The position numbers and the translations under genes are program-made. Positions 36,185 to 45,567 of a stretch of 64,000 bases of DNA are shown here, piece after piece. The DNA comes from a virus. The notes below the pieces were generated by a model, which saw only the letters and a list, made by a program, of their open reading frames with translations, was not told the origin of the DNA and did not search any database. The DNA lies in IMG/VR virus record IMGVR_UViG_3300030090_007212, positions 1 to 64,000 of that record; one strand, 5' to 3'. The stretch's first letter is position 1, and each line of letters opens with the position of its first letter.

Positions 36185-37002
36185 TATGCATTAGTCAAAT
36201 ATTCTTTACCATTGTCAATATCATCTAAAGAATTAATTTTAAAAACATAATACCCATAATCTGTATCTATATCATGTTCCGTATAATCTAAATGTTCTAC
36301 ATCCCAAATTAAATATCCATGTTCACTTACTCTCTCACCAAAATCTTGTTGTATGAAACTTCCACAATAAGTAATATTTATCCCTTTATGGACAAAATTT
36401 TGTCTATGATGAATATCACCCATTATTACTGCGTCACATCCCTCAAATTGTTGTAAATCTGCAGATTCTTCAAATTCAAAACCTACTGAAGTAATAGCAC
36501 CATTTACTGGTGCGTGAAATAATCCGATATACTTTTTATCATTCCCATATTCTTTACGAGCTTTATCAATATCTGGTTTAGCATTATGTTCAAAAATAGA
36601 ATAACTACACCACACAATATTATCATCTAAATAACACTTACAGTCAGTTAAATAAGAAACATATGGATTATTCATTATCTCAATAATAGGGGTTAGGGAA
36701 TCTAGTCTATCTTTATTATTTTCTAATAAATCGTGATTACCTGCAATTAAAATGGTTGGACATAGTTTAGTACACTCATTTAAAAACCACGCTACTAACA
36801 TAGTTAATTCATTAGATATAGTAATCTTTTGGTGAACAATATCCCCCGCAATCACTATTCTACATTCCTCAAAAGTTAATTTACTATCTTCCATATAAAA
36901 TTTAACTTCATTTAGGAATTTATGACACACTTCCTTACTTTCAGTATGTCTATTATAGGTACGGAAATGAAGATCCGCAATGTGAAATATTTTCTTAATC
37001 AT
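36184..37002 (-). CDS. sbcD: SbcD/Mre11 (T4 gp47-like) metallophosphoesterase nuclease
   Basis: ADLH, AGDIVH, GNHD, GDIH, YCGS. Confidence 0.9.
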   Translation of the reverse strand: MIKKIFHIADLHFRTYNRHTESKEVCHKFLNEVKFYMEDSKLTFEECRIVIAGDIVHQKITISNELTMLVAWFLNECTKLCPTILIAGNHDLLENNKDRLDSLTPIIEIMNNPYVSYLTDCKCYLDDNIVWCSYSIFEHNAKPDIDKARKEYGNDKKYIGLFHAPVNGAITSVGFEFEESADLQQFEGCDAVIMGDIHHRQNFVHKGINITYCGSFIQQDFGERVSEHGYLIWDVEHLDYTEHDIDTDYGYYVFKINSLDDIDNGKEYLTNA

Positions 37003-37057
37003 ATCTTAAATATAAAGGTTTTTTTCATAAAAGACAATAAATCTTAATAATGACTTA

Positions 37058-37963
37058 TTAAGCTGCCACCAAAGTTTTCAACATATTGGTTACATGGTCA
37101 CTATAATCCGCACATTTAATAACTTTATAGTTAGGGTTGTTTTCATTAAACCAAACTAAATTACAACGTCCTATTTTTAAATTAGTATTTTTTTCTATAA
37201 TATGTTTGTAAATAGATAACTGTAGAGAGTAGGTATTAAACTCACAATCATCTAACATCCATAAACAATCTTTCATTTTATTTCCATAATCATCTTTCAT
37301 GTTTAATCGTGTATTGGTTTTCCAATCCCATATTTCTAATGTTCCATATCTTTCATTCCAAAATAATTGGTCTACCATACCACATAACATATAATCTTTA
37401 TCTCCCACTACTAATTCAGATTTAATAGGTATTAACTTACCTTTTTTCACTGTATCATTATAAAAATTATGAAAATACCCTTCCATAACATTATAAGTTT
37501 CTTCAATCTCTTCAAATTTTAACCCTTCGGGACTCACCAAAGGATAAGGCATAATCTTATTATTGAGATAATTTTCTATATAATCATGTAATGTATTACC
37601 TTCAAAAGTGGCATGGTGATTTTTATAATCCCATAATTTTTGTATATCTTCTTCAGTTACACATTCCGATTCTGGTTTGGGTTTGGAATAATCTGGCCTA
37701 CCATAAGGATCCTCTTCCATTGGATAAAAATTTTGTTTATGTGCATATCTATCCGCCATTGTTTTTGCCTTATAAAAATGACCTTGTTTTTCTGCCCATT
37801 TATCGGGTTTTTCCACATTAGATTCAAAATCTTTACTAAATTTATGTATAAAAGTAGTGCACGATATTGTTTTTTCTCCATCAATATAATACTTATGAGG
37901 TTCATCATAGTATTTTATGTTGTTAAAGACTGATAATTCTTTAATAATCTCCATTTTTCGCAT
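37058..37963 (-). CDS. PD-(D/E)XK exonuclease
   Basis: GNTLH, SE, GMVD, IWDWKT, YSLQLSIY. Confidence 0.85.
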   Translation of the reverse strand: MRKMEIIKELSVFNNIKYYDEPHKYYIDGEKTISCTTFIHKFSKDFESNVEKPDKWAEKQGHFYKAKTMADRYAHKQNFYPMEEDPYGRPDYSKPKPESECVTEEDIQKLWDYKNHHATFEGNTLHDYIENYLNNKIMPYPLVSPEGLKFEEIEETYNVMEGYFHNFYNDTVKKGKLIPIKSELVVGDKDYMLCGMVDQLFWNERYGTLEIWDWKTNTRLNMKDDYGNKMKDCLWMLDDCEFNTYSLQLSIYKHIIEKNTNLKIGRCNLVWFNENNPNYKVIKCADYSDHVTNMLKTLVAA

Positions 37964-38010
37964 ATTTATTAGTATAAAGATAGGAAAAAAATCTGTAAAA
38001 AACAAATATT

Positions 38011-38544
38011 TTGAGTAAAATAATTAGAAAAGTAACTAATACTAAACCTTTTAATAAGTTCGAATTGGGAATATTAAAATGGATGTTTAAAACATTGGAG
38101 GGAGGAGCTCCTCGAGATATGGTGCGTAAACTAATGAATCAGGATTTTAAAAACATGTTTGGTTTATCAAAAGAAGAAGTAATGTATTTTATAGGCTTAT
38201 ATAACGAAAATTATACATCTGATGTGGTTTTTGAGGATATTGAAGAAGTAGTAGTTCCTTTAATGCGGGAATATGATGTAGAATATATGCAAGATGTAAG
38301 TGCCTATAGAAGTCTGGAACATAAAGTATGGGCGGCAGATGAAGACGATGCCTTAGATGCAATGGATTGGGATTTTGATTATAGTTATAAAGAAGACAGT
38401 AGTTTAACATATTATGTAGATGATTTTGTAGAAACCGGAGATTACCACGATGTTTTTGATCAAGCAGTACACCAATATAACCCCACTCCTCTTAATGAAA
38501 CTAAAATTATTATTAAAAAAATATTAAAGGAGTATGGAAAATAA
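38011..38544 (+). CDS. hypothetical protein
   Basis: First of three overlapping plus-strand ORFs, TTG start. Confidence 0.6.
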   Translation: MSKIIRKVTNTKPFNKFELGILKWMFKTLEGGAPRDMVRKLMNQDFKNMFGLSKEEVMYFIGLYNENYTSDVVFEDIEEVVVPLMREYDVEYMQDVSAYRSLEHKVWAADEDDALDAMDWDFDYSYKEDSSLTYYVDDFVETGDYHDVFDQAVHQYNPTPLNETKIIIKKILKEYGK

Positions 38545-39010
38545 ATTTACTATTAAATTTCTTAAATCTTTATTTAAAAATTTAAGTAAAGAATGGAATA
38601 GTAGTCGACAAATAGAAGACTTAGAATTCGATGCTTGGGAATTTGAACAATTTTTAGGGGTGTTAGAAAAAATCTATGGATTTACCAATCAAGATGAGAA
38701 AGATTGGATTTATGCGTGTTTCATTGAAAATTGGAAAAATCTTGCAGGAGATTTTGATGATTTAACTGAGGAAAATCTTATTATTCCACAATTAAAAGAA
38801 ATGGTAGCAATAGAAGATGAATGGTGGGACGCTAGAATTACTAACACTTATAAAACTAAGACTTATACTAATGCGATGTTTAGATCCGACATTTATAATG
38901 GTTTTGCAGATCCTGACACTGAAGATACACAGTGGATAGAAAGAACGGATAGTGAGATAGAAATAAATGAAGTAGAGCCTGAAGAAGTAACGGATAATGA
39001 AGAAAATTAA
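38534..39010 (+). CDS. hypothetical acidic protein
   Basis: Overlaps both neighbours. Confidence 0.65.
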   Translation: MENKFTIKFLKSLFKNLSKEWNSSRQIEDLEFDAWEFEQFLGVLEKIYGFTNQDEKDWIYACFIENWKNLAGDFDDLTEENLIIPQLKEMVAIEDEWWDARITNTYKTKTYTNAMFRSDIYNGFADPDTEDTQWIERTDSEIEINEVEPEEVTDNEEN

Positions 39011-39563
39011 AATAACCGAAAAACAATTTATTAAATTACAGGAAGACTTAGAATATTGGTCGGTTAGTGATGCATCTCCATCTAGTGATACCTATGAAAT
39101 GGGGGTAGATTTAAATGAATCGTTTGAAGATGTTGAAGATTATAAAAAAAAGTTTGAGGATGCGTATGAAAAATACCCACACACAAAAATTATTCCTTCG
39201 ATATTAAAATATTTAGATGGGATGATAACTATAGATATGATAGTACCATCAGATAAAAATTCCACAACATATACTGTTTATTTAGATGATGTAGAACCTA
39301 TCGAAAAAAACTATTGTTATGGGTGTAGTGGTACTTACCATTATCCAACAGGTACAAATGATTTATATACCGCAAGTCATATGGAGGATAACGATCAATA
39401 TGTTGGTGCAGTACACGAAACAATGTTAGAAATATTCGGTGGGGAATTATCAGATTGGGAATTTTATGATATAATACATAAATTTTTATTAGATAAAATA
39501 AAAAAACATATGGATAATGACGGTATAAATGCCTATCCAGAAGAACATGATATGGATTGGTAG
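38997..39563 (+). CDS. hypothetical acidic protein with MKKIKITEKQ N-terminal motif
   Basis: 188 aa. Confidence 0.65.
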   Translation: MKKIKITEKQFIKLQEDLEYWSVSDASPSSDTYEMGVDLNESFEDVEDYKKKFEDAYEKYPHTKIIPSILKYLDGMITIDMIVPSDKNSTTYTVYLDDVEPIEKNYCYGCSGTYHYPTGTNDLYTASHMEDNDQYVGAVHETMLEIFGGELSDWEFYDIIHKFLLDKIKKHMDNDGINAYPEEHDMDW

Positions 39564-39989
39564 TTACATTGTAACTTCCCAAATATCTTCCCCATTCCAA
39601 TCATTAAATTTTTCTTTTCCTCCTCTTACTTCCCAATCAGAATCAATGGTTAATTTAGAACTAATTCCACCTCTTGGATTACATACCATAACCATTCTCA
39701 ATCTATCCGGTTTATAAGTTTCCATTAAATGATCATAAAATAAATTGATTAATCTTTCATAAGAAACCACAATATTTCTTAATTGGAAGGAGTATTCCTT
39801 CAAAGATTTTAATTCAATTATTTTATCTTTAGGATAAAAAGTAAGATACATAGTTGCAAAATCAGGTTGTTTACTAACACCTAAAAATGTGAATTCAGGT
39901 ATCTTAATTTTAATCTCATATGCCCCATTACTAGGGTTAGGTAAAGACTTTAAAATTTTTTTATCGATTTTATCATATAAATTATCCAT
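39564..39989 (-). CDS. queF: QueF-like T-fold protein lacking the canonical catalytic Cys
   Basis: PEFT....QPDFA, ELKSLK.Y, RGGI. Confidence 0.8.
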   Translation of the reverse strand: MDNLYDKIDKKILKSLPNPSNGAYEIKIKIPEFTFLGVSKQPDFATMYLTFYPKDKIIELKSLKEYSFQLRNIVVSYERLINLFYDHLMETYKPDRLRMVMVCNPRGGISSKLTIDSDWEVRGGKEKFNDWNGEDIWEVTM

Positions 39990-40344
39990 TCTTTAACTTT
40001 TTAATTTTTTTATGGTTTTGAATAAGTATACCTGTCAATGTCAATAATAAACCTATAGAAAGGGTAGACAATTTTAATGATTGGTTATGATTATTTTCAC
40101 GATTTATGTGGGTAATACCATATTTTCCACTATACTGAGTATATGCAGAAGTTTTCATGGTGGTACCTATCGCACATATACTCATACCTGCACCTGTAAC
40201 CGCTAACCCATAATCTGGTTTAGGAGAATATCCTATATCTCTTATCGTAGGATTAGGATTACTTACCCCCGTAACATTAGGTAAGGTTTGCCCATAAGTT
40301 AATGAAATTAAAACAACAAAGAATAATGTGATTATAGTTTTCAT
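39982..40344 (-). CDS. hypothetical exported/membrane protein
   Basis: Signal peptide plus hydrophobic segments. Confidence 0.55.
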   Translation of the reverse strand: MKTIITLFFVVLISLTYGQTLPNVTGVSNPNPTIRDIGYSPKPDYGLAVTGAGMSICAIGTTMKTSAYTQYSGKYGITHINRENNHNQSLKLSTLSIGLLLTLTGILIQNHKKIKKLKNG

Positions 40345-40348
40345 ATTC

Positions 40349-40380
40349 CAAAGATAGTAAAAATTTATGACTATAACAAA
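40349..40380 (-). promoter_or_regulatory. Bacteroidota housekeeping-sigma promoter
   Basis: TTTG (40380-40377), 20 nt, TATCTTTG (40356-40349), 4 nt, then ATG. Confidence 0.7.
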
Positions 40381-41318
40381 CTTTCTTTTATTTTTCTGGC
40401 GGTAGACAATAGTTTCACAACCCCATTACTACCTAACTTTTGGTGGACATCGGCGATATCAAATCTTTCAGGCATATAAACAATTAAAACTCTATTATGT
40501 AACTTAGTACTATTTAATTTTCTATATAAATTTATGGCATCTTTTTGTGCATCATGATCCAATACTATTATAACTTTACACTCCGCCCTATCTACTAATT
40601 TTTTAAATAATATATCATTTAATACCTTACCTAACATAGGAATACTATTAGGTATTGCAATATGATCAAATACCCCTTCTACTAAATAAATGTTAGAATC
40701 CCAATTTATTTTACCTTCATTAAAAACTATCTCCATTTTGGATACTTCGGGATTTTTATATTTTAATTTACTGTATCTATCGTAACTTCTTCCCAAATAA
40801 TAATTTATTTCATTTTCTTCATCATACGAGGGAAAAATAATTCTACCCCCATAATCTCCTGTAGTCGCATAACCTAAATTGTATTTTTCTATTAAATCTT
40901 TCCCAATATTTCTCTTCTTCAAATAGTGTATCGCCTTTTGATAATCTTCATTGGTGCGCTCAATAGTTAAAGGCATAAACTCTTTTGGTAATCCTTCTAT
41001 TATAGGTAAATCTTTAGTTTCAGTTGGTTTCTTTTCATTAGGGATAACTAAACGATATTGTTTTAAATGGGTATGATTACCATATTTCCTAATTAATTTA
41101 TTGATAGTTCCGTGTGTGCCATACGTTTCCGAACAAGCCCAACATTTATAGACATGATGGTTATAATTTACTTCTAAATTACCTTTACCATCTCCACAAT
41201 CTAATCCTTTTATAGTTGAACAAACAGGACAATCAAAAGATATTTGACTTTTATTGGAATAATGTTTTCTAGAATCTCCTAAAAAATCTTCTAATATTTC
41301 TACTATTAATTCTGACAC
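40371..41318 (-). CDS. dnaG: DNA primase (Zn finger + Toprim)
   Basis: CPVC...CWAC, YLKKR, RIIFP, KYKNP, LVEGVFD, LDHDA. Confidence 0.88.
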   Translation of the reverse strand: MSELIVEILEDFLGDSRKHYSNKSQISFDCPVCSTIKGLDCGDGKGNLEVNYNHHVYKCWACSETYGTHGTINKLIRKYGNHTHLKQYRLVIPNEKKPTETKDLPIIEGLPKEFMPLTIERTNEDYQKAIHYLKKRNIGKDLIEKYNLGYATTGDYGGRIIFPSYDEENEINYYLGRSYDRYSKLKYKNPEVSKMEIVFNEGKINWDSNIYLVEGVFDHIAIPNSIPMLGKVLNDILFKKLVDRAECKVIIVLDHDAQKDAINLYRKLNSTKLHNRVLIVYMPERFDIADVHQKLGSNGVVKLLSTARKIKESLL

Positions 41319-41353
41319 ATAGCAAATATAAGAAATTTTTTTTTAAAATCCAA

Positions 41354-41986
41354 TTATAACCAATCACCACATTTTCGCATTCCCCCTACAACACACGCAT
41401 ACGCATCTGTCATATCAAAATTTTCTTTTTTGAGTTTTTGGTGTTTATCGTAAATCCAAACGATTTGTGGTTCTAATTCACTTACTTTTTGGTGAACAAC
41501 TGCTTTTTTATCTATATCATAGGGAAGTCCACCAAATAATACAGGATTCTTTTTTGCTATTTCTTTTTCTGAGTATCTTTCCCCACTTTTTTTAAACATC
41601 CTTATCGCCATTAAATCGGGAAACGCAAATTTTCTCGCATCATAAGAAGAAATAAATTCAGGTACTACATTTAAAACTTCATATACTGATCTACATATCA
41701 TTCCATTAAATCTTAATAAAGTAGCTACAGTATTCACATTATTGGAACGTAATAAAGGTTCTTCAATAAAAACTCTATCAATTTCTATATCACTATATTT
41801 TTCTAGAAATTCATTTTCAAAAGCGTGAGCTTTTTTCATTAATAATTCAATATTATCTTTAGGTTTAGGTTTAACTACAGGTGTAATATGGGTTAATAAC
41901 TGTAATTTACCTCGATCTTCTTCGTCTTCAAAAATTGCTATCCCAATAGTTTTAGTGGACACATCTAGTCCTAAAATTCTACTCAT
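41354..41986 (-). CDS. RuvC-like Holliday junction resolvase (RNase H fold)
   Basis: ILGLDVSTKTIG, FIEE, DMTDA. Confidence 0.8.
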   Translation of the reverse strand: MSRILGLDVSTKTIGIAIFEDEEDRGKLQLLTHITPVVKPKPKDNIELLMKKAHAFENEFLEKYSDIEIDRVFIEEPLLRSNNVNTVATLLRFNGMICRSVYEVLNVVPEFISSYDARKFAFPDLMAIRMFKKSGERYSEKEIAKKNPVLFGGLPYDIDKKAVVHQKVSELEPQIVWIYDKHQKLKKENFDMTDAYACVVGGMRKCGDWL

Positions 41987-42027
41987 TTATAAAACATTTT
42001 CTTTTTAAAACCTCTTTTAGGTTTTAT

Positions 42028-43308
42028 TTATACCACTATTTGGACATCCATGACAATAAAATCATTTTTCTTTTTAATGACTTGTCTATCAAATTTACCA
42101 ATTGCTAAAATATCTCCTGCGATATCAGTTATTGCAATTTCACTTATTCGAATATCATCACTCATCCCAATAGTTTCATTTTGCGACCTATAAAATTCAT
42201 TTCTACCAGCAATACAGAGTAAGCTTTGTAAAACTGTATTTTCTGTCGCATCTAAAGTTACATTATAAGTCCCTCCGGTGTAAAAATAAAGACCTAAACC
42301 ATTTGTTTCGGTATTTGTTTCTGTATCTCCCGTAAAATTAACCGCCACATTATCTACAATCGTAGGGTCAGTGAATGCTAAAATACCTTTTTCTAAATAA
42401 GCAATTCCTACTACTTTGTCTGCCACAATTCCAGTAGAAGCTACAGAATTTACATTAATTAATTGTTTATCATTAACACTAAAAGGTTTAAATGTATCAT
42501 ACCCTGTTGCCCAACTTCTAGTTGCATCATTATTTGGTCTTTGAATGTTATCAGTTACTAAATACGAAACATCAAATTGTGAACCAAATAGTGAAGTAGG
42601 TAAATTACTATTATCTCTAAATTGATTATCTAAATTAGATAGAGTAATATTTGTTCTTGGGAAAGTACTGTAAATATCATACGTAGTGATTGCAGTGATT
42701 GCACCACCACTAGTAAACCCAGTCCCCACTGGTAAGTTAACTCTTATACTTTTACCATCTATTAAATCCCCATATTCATTATTATCAATAACTGCTAATA
42801 ATACATTATTGGATGCGAAACCACTGAAAGCAGTATCAGACCATCCACCGTTGTTTGATGTGGTTCCTGTAAAGGTATTCATCCTAGTACTTATAATAGG
42901 AAGACTTAAACTTCTAAATAAATTAGTAAATGCATTAGTATTATCTCCTTTATTTATAGAAATAAATGTTAAATTACTTCCACTCACCACATTTTCACCT
43001 AATGTATCCATTGTGGATCTCACTTGAGATGAATTGGGTTCTACTGACTTAGTAGTTTGAGTTGTATTATTTACAAATACTTTACTACTAATAACTGCAT
43101 CATCCGCATTATTTTCTCCCCCTAGATTTCCTCCTGTTGTCGGAATAGTACCAGTAGGTAAACTTGCACTTGTCCTATAATTAGCATCAGAATCTCCTAC
43201 TACAAAATGTGAAAAAATTGTATTAGTTTCTTTTAACATTCTTTCCCTACCATTTCTAGTAAGTTTTGCTGTTATAGTTATTGTCGTTGCGGTATTTAAA
43301 AATCCCAT
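42028..43308 (-). CDS. virion structural protein, tail-collar/fibre-like
   Basis: N-terminal LTRNGR..GDSD and C-terminal ISEIAITDIAGDILAIGK; T/S/N/G-rich. Confidence 0.65.
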   Translation of the reverse strand: MGFLNTATTITITAKLTRNGRERMLKETNTIFSHFVVGDSDANYRTSASLPTGTIPTTGGNLGGENNADDAVISSKVFVNNTTQTTKSVEPNSSQVRSTMDTLGENVVSGSNLTFISINKGDNTNAFTNLFRSLSLPIISTRMNTFTGTTSNNGGWSDTAFSGFASNNVLLAVIDNNEYGDLIDGKSIRVNLPVGTGFTSGGAITAITTYDIYSTFPRTNITLSNLDNQFRDNSNLPTSLFGSQFDVSYLVTDNIQRPNNDATRSWATGYDTFKPFSVNDKQLINVNSVASTGIVADKVVGIAYLEKGILAFTDPTIVDNVAVNFTGDTETNTETNGLGLYFYTGGTYNVTLDATENTVLQSLLCIAGRNEFYRSQNETIGMSDDIRISEIAITDIAGDILAIGKFDRQVIKKKNDFIVMDVQIVV

Positions 43309-43320
43309 TGTTTATATTTT

Positions 43321-45522
43321 TTAAAAATCTATAGTTAATTCTAATGAAGCAGTACTAGCGTCACCTATTTTTATTGGTCTAGATAATTTTCCTACCAAAA
43401 CTAAATTTTGTAAATCATCTAAAATACCTACTTCGGTTATAAATCTATCACAAGTATTATCAAATGAAGGGTTACTACTCGAACAAATAGTAGCACCATC
43501 TACATTAATATTAAATAATGTCTTATAAATTGTTGCACCTATATGTGTTCTTAAATTACCATAAAATAATCTTTCGTCTCCAAATGTCATTTTACCATAA
43601 AACTCTCCACTTGACATATCTAATGTTGTCCCTAAATTAAAAGTTGACGCACTAGCCGCATCGTAAATATCACCAGTTAATAAAAATCCTGTGTTTGAAG
43701 AACTTTGGTTTTCTAATAGTTCAGGGTCAATTGCACCTGCCCCACCATTTATACTAGCTGAGGTATAATCAATTAACCTCCATTGTGAAGAAACTGGTCG
43801 TGAATGAATGGTTGGATCAACAACTTGACATAATATATTGAATTTATCTGCAAAGAATCCAAATCCATCATAACCAGGCGCATCTGGTTTTCTCATATAA
43901 GGTAACTCCCCTACATTAGATAATCTAAATTGTACATCTTTATCACTATTAGTGTTATTATCAATAACAGTATATCTTTGACAAGGTAAAGTAGGAGTAG
44001 TGGTAGTCCCAGTATTTTCTAACCAATACGTTAAATACATTCTTTCTCCTGCACTCACTGATCCAGTACACAATCCATTAGTACAACTTACTAATTCTGC
44101 TGCCAAATCAGGTAAACTATAATTTCTATTAGATTTATATGACATCGCTGCCAATAATTCTTCATTTTCTATTACCACAATTTTTAAATCTGGAAATACT
44201 TTACCCACTACTAGAGGTAAGGTTGGTGTTACCGTCATACCACTAGCCTCTATTAAATCATAGTATTGAATAGTGTTATTATATGATAAAGTTTTTTGTA
44301 TGGTATCCGAAACAAATGTCATTCCCAATGTAGTACCACTACCAGTACCTTCGTTTCGTCTATGCCACATAACCGGTATATCTAAAGATAATAACTTATC
44401 ACTATCCCCATCTATTAGGAACATTTCACCATATGAATTAGAAATACAATTATTAGTATAGTGTATAATAGAAATACCTTTACTAAATGGATCAATATAA
44501 CTAGAAGATAAATTGTTACTACTTTGTGTTACAGTTAATACTTCATTCATCCCTAAAAATTGTTTCGAACCTGCGTATTGTTCAGAACCAAATAAAGTAT
44601 TTTCATGATAATTAGTAGGAGCTTCTTTCCATAACCCTGCTAAATTTTCAGTCCATACGTTATTCATATTCCATACTGGAATATTTTCTACACAAATATC
44701 ACAACTACTATCAAAAGATAATGTACCCGTATTCCAATATGCAGTAGTAGATGGTAATCCATAATATGTGTCTAATGGGTCATCACCACCAGGTAAAGTA
44801 TAATAAGTTATAATAGTTCCTGCATCACCACTTAAGGTAGGTAATTCCCTATCTACATTAATAGTGTCACCACTAATAGATACTATATTATAAACAGCAT
44901 TTATTGTTGCTGCAGTCATAGTATCACCCACAATATCTCCTAATGTACTATTGGATAATCTAAAAATTATATAATCATTAGCACTCGTAGCAGTTAAAGT
45001 AATTCCTGATAACACTCCTTGAATATAAGTAGAAGTGTCAATTGCCCCATTAAATGCACTTAAATCTATAGTACCAGTTTCTTTAATGAAGTCTGTACCA
45101 GTCATTGCAACTAATCCAGTTTCTACTGTAGATCCTGAAAAGAATCCTCTATCATCTGCCTCATTAGAAACTATACCTTTAATTAATTGAATATTACTTT
45201 GTTGATTTAAAGGGAATACAAAATTATTTCCCTGATCTAATAAAAAAGAAGAAGGAAATGGTTGATCATCCTTCGGTCTTAATACTTTTGAATAGATGTT
45301 TTTTATTATGTTTCCATCTGCTTCAGGAAAATAAAATTCTCCTGTCGCTGCACCTTCACTAGGGGCAAATTGTGCCCATCCTTTTACATAATCATAATCT
45401 ACTTCAGAATCCCCTAGAACATAGTTAGAAAACGTCAATTGACCTTTCGCCAATTGCTCTCTTCCTATATCCGTTAATTTAACTCTTATTAACGCCGTGC
45501 TTTGTTGATTTATATAACTCAT
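43321..45522 (-). CDS. virion structural protein, tail-collar/fibre-like (paralog of 42028-43308)
   Basis: LTDIGR..GDSE ... ITEVGILDDLQNLVLVGKL. Confidence 0.65.
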   Translation of the reverse strand: MSYINQQSTALIRVKLTDIGREQLAKGQLTFSNYVLGDSEVDYDYVKGWAQFAPSEGAATGEFYFPEADGNIIKNIYSKVLRPKDDQPFPSSFLLDQGNNFVFPLNQQSNIQLIKGIVSNEADDRGFFSGSTVETGLVAMTGTDFIKETGTIDLSAFNGAIDTSTYIQGVLSGITLTATSANDYIIFRLSNSTLGDIVGDTMTAATINAVYNIVSISGDTINVDRELPTLSGDAGTIITYYTLPGGDDPLDTYYGLPSTTAYWNTGTLSFDSSCDICVENIPVWNMNNVWTENLAGLWKEAPTNYHENTLFGSEQYAGSKQFLGMNEVLTVTQSSNNLSSSYIDPFSKGISIIHYTNNCISNSYGEMFLIDGDSDKLLSLDIPVMWHRRNEGTGSGTTLGMTFVSDTIQKTLSYNNTIQYYDLIEASGMTVTPTLPLVVGKVFPDLKIVVIENEELLAAMSYKSNRNYSLPDLAAELVSCTNGLCTGSVSAGERMYLTYWLENTGTTTTPTLPCQRYTVIDNNTNSDKDVQFRLSNVGELPYMRKPDAPGYDGFGFFADKFNILCQVVDPTIHSRPVSSQWRLIDYTSASINGGAGAIDPELLENQSSSNTGFLLTGDIYDAASASTFNLGTTLDMSSGEFYGKMTFGDERLFYGNLRTHIGATIYKTLFNINVDGATICSSSNPSFDNTCDRFITEVGILDDLQNLVLVGKLSRPIKIGDASTASLELTIDF

Positions 45523-45567
45523 TACCGATATATTATTTTAATATAAATATGCTCAATGTAAATATTA

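Noticed and set aside
37058-37963. Cas4 call for the exonuclease
   Set aside because: No four-Cys Fe-S cluster pattern and no CRISPR context; kept as a generic PD-(D/E)XK exonuclease
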